A DNA stretch of 64,000 nucleotides, taken from NCBI RefSeq assembly GCF_000002075.1, contig NW_004797272.1, positions 4,189,839 to 4,253,838 on the forward strand, read 5' to 3'. The notes below the pieces were generated by a model. It saw nothing but the letters and a program-made list of their open reading frames with translations, was not told the origin of the DNA and did no database searches. The DNA comes from Aplysia californica. Its lineage: Eukaryota. Both the position numbers and the translations under genes were made by a program. Shown here piece by piece: positions 38,401-48,900 of this stretch; position 1 is the first letter of the stretch; every line of letters starts with the position of its first letter.

Positions 38401-40398
38401 NNNNNNNNNNNNNNNNNNNNNNNNNNNNNNNNNNNNNNNNNNNNNNNNNNNNNNNNNNNNNNNNNNNNNNNNNNNNNNNNNNNNNNNNNNNNNNNNNNNN
38501 NNNNNNNNNNNNNNNNNNNNNNNNNNNNNNNNNNNNNNNNNNNNNNNNNNNNNNNNNNNNNNNNNNNNNNNNNNNNNNNNNNNNNNNNNNNNNNNNNNNN
38601 NNNNNNNNNNNNNNNNNNNNNNNNNNNNNNNNNNNNNNNNNNNNNNNNNNNNNNNNNNNCCTTTATTTATGCTATATGTGTTCGTAGAATAGCACAGCCG
38701 CAAACGAGAACATGTACAATGTAATCTGTTCAGGTCATTGACGAAATGGTGTTTGTCATCGGCGGATTCAACGGAGTTACGACAATTTTCAACGTGGAGT
38801 GCTATGACTCCAAGGCTGACGAATGGTTAGTTCCTCCCTCCTTTATCCTTTTTCTTTCTTTCTCTCAACTACTCTTCCCCTCCCTCATTCACACAATTTC
38901 TCTTTTATTCACTCTGTCTATCATTTACTCCATATCCCCTTTCTCACTCCACATACATTTTCTTTTCACATATGTGAGCAGGCTGGTTGTTCATTTAAAG
39001 TATTAAATTGTATTTTCTAGACACGAATACTCGCTATCTGCAAGACTGTTCATTATGTGGTCTTTAATTACTAACATAATATAATACGTTTAAAAAAACA
39101 TGTACGGAAGTCGTACATTCAAACTCAAATTCTTACTCCACAAAATATCGCTTTCAAGTGTGTTTTTCTACTATACTTGACAATTTTTAAATTCAATGTC
39201 TCAGATTTAAAATTGATCTAATTGCTGATGAAACTTTGCTTAGCCTGTCAGAGTTATATTATTATTATCAATACTCATTCTGTTGTGCTGTCCCCGTGGT
39301 TTTATCAGAAAAAAAAATGAGATTATGCAAACTGAGCCCAAAAGTGTGAAATTATGCGATTCTGTTAATTTTAACAAAGAATGATGAAGGAAAATAATAA
39401 GAAATTATGTAAAAGAAGATTAAATTTTGCTTAATTATGCGGGGTGCATAAAACCACGGGGACAGGTTGAGACTGCTGATGATGTTTGCTGTTCCGACAT
39501 TTATTTGCTGCTTCAGACGATGATGCTGAAGATTGATAATAGGGCCTAATGATAAACATACTATCAACAATAAGCATAATCAATACCGGTATTGGTATAA
39601 TTAAGCACAGCATTTAGATTTGACGTTACAGTTAATGCACCGACTCGCTACAGACTACTAAGACAGAACAGTATTAACTCTATTGATAGCAAGTTTGCCT
39701 ACAAAGAAGAAGAGAAGAACTCAAATAAAGAGATGAAGGACTGTACAGATCAGCGATAATTTTACAACAGCCCTCGGAATGAATTTTATTGTTTAAAAGC
39801 CGGTTTACTACTTGTGGGAGCTGATAGAAATTGTGCTTCTTTAATATCCTCACTAGGTCTAGCGGTTCTTTAGTGTTTCCCAAGCCATGCCCGTGTCAGT
39901 TCTTTTTTTCTTTTCGAACTGTGCAAACAAGTCGGTAATTTTTCACATTTATGATGTACATGATGTACTGTAATTGTAATAAATGGGGGAATTCCATACC
40001 CAACAAGCTACTCGAATTCTTTCACTGAAAAGAAATGTGAATTTTTTTTTTTTTACTTTTACATAAAAGTAAAGTGAACATAATAAATACCTTCCTTCAG
40101 GCCATGGGTGGTTTGAGGGTGCTCTGGGGTGGTTTGTTCCTTCTTTCGAATCAAACATCTATCGTCCTCATCTCTCCTCCTTTTTTTTGTTTGTTTGTTA
40201 TTGTTACTCTCTGGTACCTCTTCTACACTCATGAGTCATACGACCCAATTGTGTTGCCAGTGCCGTAAAACGTACTGAAACATCAAATCTTTCTCCAGGT
40301 ACGACGCCCATGATCTGAGTCTCTACCGCAGTGCTCTGAGCGCGTGTGTGGTGAGAGGACTGCCCAATGTTCTTGAATACATCCACAGTGAGAACTGA
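27480..40398 (+). CDS. KLHL10: Kelch-like protein 10 (BTB-BACK-6x kelch CUL3 adaptor), whole spliced CDS (11 exons, ~597 aa)
   Basis: Exons 27480-27644, 28463-28639, 30109-30354, 31543-31713, 33122-33374, 34225-34372, 35159-35328, 36585-36678, 37681-37858, 38734-38825, 40299-40398; all GT-AG and phase-compatible (1794 nt). BTB (FPVHRNILSACSPYFRALF), BACK (ENCIGI, LNVRNEEMVFDAVIRWI) and kelch GG repeats. RAYHG, FNSCRVFD, SPRSNFAIEVID and WYDAHDLSLYRSALSACVV match KLHL10 from recall. Confidence 0.92.
28463..28639 (+). CDS. KLHL10: KLHL10 exon 2 (BTB)
   Basis: IEDWSFPVHRNILSACSPYFRALF...IIDYAYTRHVK. Confidence 0.9.
29559..29775 (+). mobile_element. Degenerate tRNA-headed SINE
   Basis: TAGCTCAGTTGG A box, decayed TTCGATTC B box, body with GACGTTAAA and an (AAC)n tail; not a foldable tRNA. 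Confidence 0.5.
30109..30354 (+). CDS. KLHL10: KLHL10 exon 3 (BTB/BACK)
   Basis: LSWSNIEELLPAADRF...ENCIGIRNFA...EFLNMPIEQ. Confidence 0.9.
31543..31713 (+). CDS. KLHL10: KLHL10 exon 4 (BACK)
   Basis: LCEILDSDYLNVRNEEMVFDAVIRWI...FIEK. Confidence 0.9.
31829..32077. mobile_element. ~250-bp MITE with ~32-bp TIRs (GG...CC), copy 1
   Basis: GGTCGTTTTTAAGGACAAGCGAGCAACCCAGA / TCTGGGTAGCCCGCTTGTCTTTAAAAGCGACC; TSD unresolved. Confidence 0.75.
32841..33088. mobile_element. Same MITE, copy 2 (direct orientation), ending about 33 nt before KLHL10 exon 5
   Basis: Colinear with 31829-32077. Confidence 0.75.
33122..33374 (+). CDS. KLHL10: KLHL10 exon 5
   Basis: VKPHKYV...RPRVPYELLFVVGGWSGGTPTNLVEVYD. 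Confidence 0.9.
34225..34372 (+). CDS. KLHL10: KLHL10 exon 6
   Basis: GARAYHGC...IGGFDGVEYFNSCRVFD...APMNSK. Confidence 0.9.
34946..35162 (+). repeat. 7 x 31-bp minisatellite overlapping the KLHL10 intron 6/exon 7 junction
   Basis: Unit TGTACAATA(C/G)TGTCATTTGTGTACC(A/G)GGTGC; the last copy carries the acceptor that gives the intact protein. Confidence 0.95.
35159..35328 (+). CDS. KLHL10: KLHL10 exon 7
   Basis: RCYVSV...IYAMGGFDG...QRSDARATTMG. Confidence 0.9.
36585..36678 (+). CDS. KLHL10: KLHL10 exon 8 (absent from ORF track)
   Basis: GRIYICGGFNGQECLNSVEYYDPSISQWTLI. Confidence 0.9.
36713..36893 (+). mobile_element. ~180-bp MITE (TGTCCCCGTGGTTTTAT TIR), copy 1
   Basis: TIRs plus internal GCATAATT repeats; inverted copy at 39288-39465. 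Confidence 0.8.
36997..37071 (+). pseudogene. Decayed partial duplicate of the KLHL10 intron 8 3' end and exon 9 5' end (pseudo-exon)
   Basis: Aligns to 37635-37710; GTCTCATGCCAAGCCGTCGGAGCAGAGTGGG versus GTCCCATGCGAAACCGTCGAAGCGGAGTGGG. Confidence 0.75.
37407..37597 (+). mobile_element. Family A repeat copy
   Basis: Well-preserved copy with GGCGCTC/GAGCGCC stem. Confidence 0.75.
37681..37858 (+). CDS. KLHL10: KLHL10 exon 9
   Basis: SPMRNRRSGVGVIAY...SPRSNFAIE. Confidence 0.9.
38734..38825 (+). CDS. KLHL10: KLHL10 exon 10
   Basis: VIDEMVFVIGGFNGVTTIFNVECYDSKADE. Confidence 0.9.
39288..39465 (-). mobile_element. Same MITE, inverted copy 2
   Basis: Reverse complement aligns to 36713-36893 along its length. 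Confidence 0.8.
40299..40398 (+). CDS. KLHL10: KLHL10 exon 11 (terminal; absent from ORF track)
   Basis: WYDAHDLSLYRSALSACVVRGLPNVLEYIHSEN*; acceptor TTTCTCCAG. Confidence 0.9.
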
Positions 40399-40666
40399 GC
40401 TGCCCCAATGGACTCCCCTAAAACTTAAAACAAGAAACTTCGAAAATAGTGGTACATGTATCTCTAAAACAGAAATCCGGCTAGTACTTTTCAACATATG
40501 GCCGTCCCATACATGTCTCTTTCAGCAGATTCCACTGAACATTGTATCATTGTATTGTCCCTTTTTAAATATATACACATAGTAGCTCAGAATTTTTCTT
40601 ACCTCTTATTTTCTTATTTCTACAGTATGTGCAAAATATAATGTACTAAGACTTAGCCAGAAACGC

Positions 40667-40672
40667 AATAAA
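40667..40672 (+). terminator. Candidate KLHL10 polyadenylation signal
   Basis: AATAAA about 270 nt after the stop codon. Confidence 0.5.
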
Positions 40673-41707
40673 AACAATTGTATCATCAACTGAAACTATC
40701 TTTGTGCATATTATTATTTTTAACTGCAAAATCAAAACATGAAAACGAGTGACTGAGAATGAATAGGGCGATTGCAAAGTTATTATTAAATTTCAAACAC
40801 AATAGCGGTACACAAAGTTTTATTTATGCTTATTTAAGTTTATGCTCGACACATTTTGTCCATGCTATGTATTCTTCTAAAGCAAATTTATATATCGTTT
40901 TGTTTCGGTACAAGTTTTTTAGCACTTATAACTCGTTTAGGTTATTTTTTAAGAGCTGAAGATGAGAGGCGTTACAAGAGAGTAATAAACACACAAAAAA
41001 GAGAAAAAAAGATGATAGGTGTTTGATGGGAAACAAGGAGTAAACCACACCACCCACATTGGTTTTTATGTTTTTGTACATTATCAACAGAGTGTGTACT
41101 ACTGCAAGTATTATTACACTGTGATTACCAGACAGAAAACCACCCACAAGGATTGAGCCCACATTACAACAATCAAAATAAAAATTGTCAAGAGAGGAAG
41201 AAAATAAACATTGAGGCCAATCTGATCCAAATCCTGAAGTTCCACGATCTAGACCGCATTTGTGAACAACCACACTACCATGGCCAGCAAGGGGATCAGA
41301 GAGCAGGAAAGGAGACTGAGTAAAGAAAAGAACACTGACACAATTATGATCATTTAGTGCCCAGAAAAAGTAAGACAGACACAGACAGACAGAAACAACG
41401 GCCTCCGTGGCGCCCTCCAACCACCCAGTGCATTAACAAGGGAGATGAAAACAAAGTGGTAAAATAAGTTATTAAAGTGAAAATCAACCTTCTCAGTAGC
41501 CCACACAAAGCTTCTAGAAAAACTAGAGCCTTCAGATTCTGTTCCATGGACTTTCAAGGGCATCTCCATTTTCACGACACTTTTTTCAACACACGATCTG
41601 CCTTTATCTCACTCATTGTTCACACGGGTCTCATTTGTGCCTTTGCTGTCCTTAACTGCAGCCATGTCCCTTTTTATTTCTGCCAAGCAAGTTATGACCA
41701 TCGTTAA

Positions 41708-42214
41708 CCCATGAGCCCACAGCTCCTGCAAATTTTACCCCAATCCCGGCCTCTTGAGCATCCAGGTTCTGGCAGAGAGGGCTTCATAGTGAAAAAAAAC
41801 TCAGTAAATCAGCATAGAATGTGATCTGTGTAGTTTTAGAAGAGGTTTTACGGCGCTCGCAATTGCATAAGGTCATATGAGCACCAGAAGATTAGAGGTG
41901 TTACAGGAGAGTAACAAACATAAAAAAGAAGAAGGGAAAGGGGAGATAAGGACGACAGATGTTTGATAGATAGGAAAGACAAAGCAAACCACATCAGAGC
42001 ACCCACATCAAAACATGTTTGAATGGGCACACGCATGTTGGTATCCCATGATAGCATGTTGACAGAAACTAGCGTTTTGGTTGCTAAAAAAATTACTGTC
42101 TTTTCGGCTCAATAATTCAGTGCTCTCTCCTCACACCAGTGAACTGGTGCTATGGATAATTGTTGCCGAAGTGCTCCACCAGTGTACCGGTGCTACGGGC
42201 TCACAGCCACAGGG
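41708..42214. mobile_element. piggyBac-type MITE
   Basis: TTAA|CCCATGAGCCCACAGC ... GCTACGGGCTCACAGCCACAGGG|TTAA. Confidence 0.6.
41830..42007 (-). mobile_element. Family A repeat copy nested in a TTAA-flanked MITE
   Basis: Reverse complement of the family A consensus. Confidence 0.75.
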
Positions 42215-42930
42215 TTAAGCTTGAAGCTTTCCTCTTTTCACTCACATTCAATGATTTCAGACATCGATGAAGGGTAAAAAACATCACTTTTGTCTACACA
42301 GCACTTAAGGCAATATTCACTTCTACCACAAACACTTTCAGGAAAGATTAAATCATCCACTTCCTTAGGTCACAGAGAACTCTCACAAACATTGAAACAA
42401 ACAGGTTCTAGTAAAAGTAGAAGAAAAATTAGAAGCAAAATTTACCAAATCAACGTCCAACCACTTCCAGGTACACAAAGGGTTGCTTTATTCATCAAAT
42501 ACCAAGCGTCCCGAAACAAGTAACGAAATACAAGATGCATGAAAAACATCTTCAGACATGGAAAAACAGTTTTCAAGTGTCATTTAGTTATCACAAGACA
42601 CAGAAAAAGTACACATAAGACTTCAAATCCATTTGAACAAACTTCATTCACTGTCAAAGCTGGTTCTTGAAGCAAAGAAATTTATCACTAGACATACTCC
42701 TAACTTTGTATATATTCATACTGAATCAATAAAGAAAAAGAGTGAACATGTCACTTTCATTCCATACTTTAGACCTTTAATAAATCTCACAAGTCCTAAG
42801 CTATACACTGCCCATCATCTACAGTCTGTGCTTTTGCCACAGAAAAAAAATCCTTCAACAGAAAAACAAAAATGTCAAGACAACAGTTTCACACTTGCAA
42901 TAAAAATTCAAGATCTATCTAAGCTTCCTT

Positions 42931-42999
42931 CTACAATATTCTCCAGTGTCTCATGGAATCACCGGGCTGGTAGTTTTCACTGTATTTGAAGCGAGGATC
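42931..42999 (-). CDS. NDUFA10: NDUFA10 exon 8 (terminal)
   Basis: [22 protein letters not shown]; acceptor TTTTGCAG; minus-strand AATAAA at 42487-42492. Confidence 0.8.
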   Translation of the reverse strand, partial: DPRFKYSENYQPGDSMRHWRIL

Positions 43000-45900
43000 C
43001 TGCAAAACAGAGAAAAATATTCAAATGTCATGTTTAAAGAAGTAGAAACAAACTAAAAGAACCAGATAAAAAACTAAACATAAAATGCAACAACAAAAAA
43101 AAAAAGAAAAAGAAGAGAGAAGAAAGATTTCTACAACTGATAGCAAAAATCTTCAAAGTTATCTTATTATAACCATATATTATACAAAGCATTAAATTTT
43201 TAAAAGACAAAATAGCCTTCCACTGTTATCTGAATCAGTTTTGGAAAAAAAAAACTTTTTACAAAAAGACATCCAAGTAGGTGCCATTTTCAATATATAT
43301 ATATATATATATATATATAAGTTTTCAGCGAGAAAAAAAAACTCTTTAAAAAAACATACAGAATCCTTCAATGTACCACTTAATTTTAAAAAAACATATA
43401 AACCTTCTACAAAACTACATGTACTGTTTGAAAAAAAAAAGGCAACAGAGAACAACTCAACAGACCCCAGTAGAGAAAAAAGAACATAGCAAGCATTTAA
43501 TTTTAACATTCTTTGGGTAACTCACTGGATCAACATATTTTTTCATAAAATTAAAATCCAAGCACATGAGTTTTATTCAAAAGAGAATTCATTCACAAAG
43601 TCAAGGTAATGAAGTTTGATGAAATGTCATCAAAAGTATACGCAATTTCTGCCAATTCAAAAAAATTGTAGTAAGAGTTTTCGTTCATATAGAACTTTAC
43701 CCAATTCCCAAATCATGATAAACAGAGTTTCATCTCTTTCCCTTCTACGTCTACTACTACTTCTACTTCAAATTCAATCATTGAACCAGAAAAAAGAAAA
43801 TATATTTTCCTAAAACTGAAAACAGGTCAAAGGTATTATAAGAATGCATCCTACTCTGGTAATAGTCATCACTATCAAACCATTAATTATCTACTTTTTT
43901 AGAACACTAATTATCTACTTTTTTAGAATATCCTCTGTTCATTCAAGAATTGATAAATGATTAATTTTGGTTAACATCACAGTCTAAAACCAGGGTGCCA
44001 AACTCAATTGCCCAAGGGGCCAAATTCAAATTACATTTACGGTTGCCGGCCAAACAGGATAAACATTTATTGAGCAGTGTGAACTAAACCTTGTTTTAAG
44101 CCATGATATAAATCAAAATAGACCAAAGTTAAAATACAGTCGCATCTGTTAAACAGAACAAGATTAATTCGAAACTGGTAAACCGAAAAGAAAAAATCCC
44201 TAGGTTTTATTTTCTTCTAATTGAGCAACTTTTCAAAACCGAAAACCTGGTTCCACAGAGTTAAGTTTAAGCGAACTCCACTATAATAATAAATCAAAGC
44301 ACACCAATTTTTGCTCTTATGCCATTTTGACAGTGCTGGATGTTTCGCATCTTTTTTTTTGGCAACATGTTTGTTTGCGTTTAGAGTAAGGTTCTGTGTT
44401 ATAGAAATTCTCAGGATGGACCACCTAAATTCTCTCACCAGCGGGATAAAATCATTCTTCAGTTCTGACACCCGTGCTCTTAGACAATCCACCCTCTAAA
44501 TACACTGATATGGAATAAACAGTCCAACAGAGTACTACTTACTTCAGCCACAGTCGCATTGTAGGCCAGGCCATCCATCCCATCCACAATAAGTTCAGAC
44601 GCTTCATACGGAGGGTGGAAGTTGAAAATGTTGAGAAGCTTGTAGTGGTTGTGCTCTGAGCATCTGTTCAAAAACATGATTGATTATAATTTTACAGTTT
44701 TAAAAACAATAACTGCAAAATATACACAATGGTCCTCGGCTATAACAGGACCGCCAGGACCAATGCAATGTCCTTGACATAGCTGAAACTTTTTACAAAC
44801 TGGGACCACAATTACGTGCACTATAACTAATGATTAACTAATGGGATCACTTTTATTACATAGATTGCTCACAACCAGTTTATCAGTTATAGCTACTTTC
44901 TTTTCCACTGATATTTTTTTATCCTCATCTTATTTTCTTTTTCTAATATCTTGTCTAAATGAGGTTGACTAGACATAATCTGAGATGCACTCGTAATAAT
45001 ACTTGCATTTATATAGCATATACTCTTGCTCAACAGAGTATACAGCTTGCTCAGTGCGCTTTACAACTATTCGTAATTGTAAAGTTACCACTGGTAAGGG
45101 AAAAGGAGAATTTCCAGATTTATCCTGAAAATTGGCACAGCAAAACAGTTTGCAAGGCATTTTAAAAAATCATAAAGAGGAGCATAAATGCAACGGCATT
45201 AAACTATTCCAGGAAAAACTTGTTTTAATCCTTCTGAACACACTGCAAAGTTTGAACACAAAGTACCGGTACTGGGTAACATGAATTTAGATGTTTAGAA
45301 GACTACAACTCTCCTCCACGTGTAGGAGCACTCACATAAGTACAGCCAAACCTTAATAAACCTTGCCCCGCTATACAGCTGGTCCTGCTTACTGCAGGGT
45401 TTTGCTAAAGTACAAAACGGAGCACCTATATACAGTATTTACTCCTTCACAAGTACCCACGAACGGGGGTTTTGGCCATGTGGCAGGCCTGCGCATGACA
45501 CATTACGCGTGCGTCTAGCTAGGCTTAGGGCTAGATCGAAGTCTGCAGCAGACTGCAGCCCTCTCCGCTTCACCCGCTGCAAGTGCTTGAAGTGGCGTGG
45601 CTTGCGTGGGCTTGCTCCATCACTGTGTTACTCTCTCTCTCTCTCTTACTTTTTACACATTGTTAACGAGCCTTTGCCCCTCATATAACCAGTTGGGCTC
45701 AGATAAGGCCCTGTTATTACCGATAGTTTTTAAAAGAGACAAAGAGTAGGAAAAAACGGGGATTTACCGGATCCCTGTTATTACCGGGCCTGTTATATAT
45801 ATTGGGTTTCCACTGTATATCCCCAACAAAAAGACACTTTTCAAACACACATCAGACAGAGGAATCGGGTCCCCTGATGTTGGGCAGCTGGAACTTATGG

Positions 45901-48900
45901 TAGAGGAACCCTGTTGAACCGCCAGCCCTGCTATTCCACCAACTTCTTCTCATCCCAAGGGTGGCGGTACAACAAGGTTTGGCTGTACATGATAAAAAGC
46001 ACATCAAACTTCAAAGTCATCAAACAGCGAAACCATTCCCACTTACAAACTTCTCATGTCATTAAAATCTCTGTTGTGCACATCCTTCCAATCAGCAAAT
46101 CTTTTCTCATACTCCAGGGGAGCATTGTTCAAGTCCAAGCTCTCCAAATCCTCCACAACCTGTAGGGAAAACAAGAAAGAAAACCTTGTGAGATTGCCTT
46201 CCCAACACAGCTTTATCATGCAAAGTCCATCATTTTCATACTTTAACCTCTTAGGCCTTGATAGGTACTTTTTAAGTTAATCTGTCCTATCCTTTGATCC
46301 TATGTTGTGGCTCTCAGGGGTTGCTGAAGGGAGTTCCAAACTGATGGAGCAAGATGGGCAAAGGACCTCTCAGCTGATTTTTTTACTCCCTTGATTTATG
46401 ATCCACCTAGATCACTGAGATGACGTGACCAGTATATTTTAAGAGTTTCCAGGAGAGGAGTAAAAAAAATCAGCTAACATATGACAGGGCTTTGTTATGA
46501 ACACACTATTGGCATAATATTGCAAAGTTATACAATAGTCTTTGGGGACATTCATTCAGCTCTAGTTATTCATCCCTTCTGGAAGAAATAGAAAATTTTC
46601 AACAAATGAGAAAAAAGTACTCTTACCACTTCAAAATCTGGTTCTGGATTCTCAGCAAGGTTGTAAGTCAAGACCTCAGCCCGTGTCCTGAAACGGCATA
46701 TGTTTCACTCATAAGAGAACTTGGATTGGAATTTATGGAAATAAAAATAACACTTATCTTGAATATGAGCACTAGCATCAATGAATGGTAGTATGAGTGA
46801 AAAAATGGTCAAATTATCAGTCACTGATTATAAAAATATTTGCAAGGCAGCATGGTGAAATCAGGTGCTCCGTCAAAATAACGTTTTATGAAATGAAAGA
46901 GCCCTTGTCACTTACTTCATATAAGGCAGGTACTTGTTCTTGTAGACATCATTGATTGTGTGCAAGAACTCATCAGTCAAGACAGGGCTGTTTACTTCCC
47001 ATGGCTGAAAGAAAAAGCGGATGTATACAATACAAATTTTTCAGATGATGAAATGAAAAAGCAGAAGAGAGCATAGTTCTATAAAGCAGCAAAATGAAGT
47101 TCACCCCTTTCTGGTAAAACATAACAGAGGTTTTTCATCAATTTGAAGACATGTTCACAGATCACTTACATTACCTTCTGTAATTCAGTTTGGGAAACTC
47201 AGCCACATATCAAACAGTCAGTACAAACCAGTCGAACGGGGAGGGGGGGGGGGATGTGTGCTGGGTGACATGGGGTCTAGAAATAGATGAAATGCTATTA
47301 GAAAAAGTCAAGGGTCGATTCAACCACACAGGAAGGAGCGGACATGCTGACCGCTGACAGAGGAAGAATGAGAGTAGAAACAGGGAAAGGAGGTAAACTT
47401 TCTGATGCCCCCAAAATTCTGGATTTCCATGGAAGATTACAACCATCGATTAATTCAACCTGTTGGCTCCATCAGTAAAGTGCTGTGTGAAAACTGATTA
47501 CACAATCAAAAAACTGAACTTCCAACCAACTTTGTTTCCAGAAACTATTTTTTAAGAAACTTATTAACCTGATCATGCCACAAAAAAGTTTAGTCGTATG
47601 CCAGAGGGAAAACACAACATCACTACAGTGGAACTCGGATTCAACGAGGTCGCCGGGCCTGGCCTAAAATCTTGTTGAATCCGAGTGTTCGTTATAGCAA
47701 ACATGAGGTTTTGTATAGATAATTACAGGCACTGAGCAAGTAATGTAAAAAGAGAAGTCACAAGTAGTGCCTGAAATGTCAGCACATTATGAGCTGTGTA
47801 AAAAAAAAAAAAGACTGATTCGTTCAAATGCACACGCCTGTGTCATCTTGATTGTTTACCAAAAAGTTGTGTTGCTGTGAAGAGCCTAGCATACGGCAAC
47901 TTTGATTTCCATAGACCAGCGCACAATTCATTACGTAGATCTACGTCAAGACTAGCTTATCATTGTAATAATGATCAGTTGCAGAGGGGGAAAAAGACTG
48001 TGCCACGTTTGTATCAGCGACGTTCAACGCCCGGACCGCTAGTGCCCCCCCCCCCCCCTCCCTGACACAGTCACACATGTGCAGGCCGCCCATCAGACCC
48101 CGACACACGCCAGAGTAGACAGGTGCACGTGCCAACAACGCTTGTGTTGGTATGAAAAAAGCTGCCGATTGGTAGAATGCAATCGGGTAAGTGAATAATG
48201 GTTCACAATGCAGGTGCAATGTATGATTTCCGGGAATATATAAAGTTCGTTCTGGGAGAAAAATGAGAGAAGCCACGTCTGCGGGGGCTGTTCACCCTAG
48301 AAGCGACCTCATTGAATCCGAGCTCGCTGATTTAAGTGCTCGTTGAATCCAGGTTATTTTTATTGATTTTAAAGAAGAAAAAAAACGAGGAATCTATCTC
48401 ATCTCGTTGAATCCGAGTTCTCGTTGAAACCGAGCTCGTTGAATCCGAGTTCCACTGTATTACCATGACTAAAATGCTTTTTATTCTCTTATTTATTGAA
48501 GGAGACACTTGAAACTTCACAGGGTTGCAGGAAAAATTAATTACTCTTAAAGTGCCCTACTTTTTAGCTTTGATGCTGATTTTCTTCATCAGCTCCACAT
48601 CATTGTTACTGTTATACTTTACTCTATACCTTCTCTCATAAAAGCTCATAAAGCCCTCAATATCACTTTCTTCATCTTCCAAGACATCATTACCTGTGCT
48701 AAGATCATTATCATCACTGTCACTGTCTTGCATTACCTTGCTTAACACTTCCAGTGCTGCTTATCTTGGTTGGTTACCTCTACCACCAGTTGCTATGGTG
48801 ACATTTCGACGAAACACAAGCAAAGTGTGATTTACTTCACAAAGTGTCTTCTCACTTCAAACCTACACTTACATAATGTCAACAAATAGCAGTACTGGTC

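Noticed and set aside
39225-39240. CTGATGA...GAAA hammerhead-core-like words (also near 14080, 26307 and 49487)
   Set aside because: No flanking stems I-III could be formed by eye
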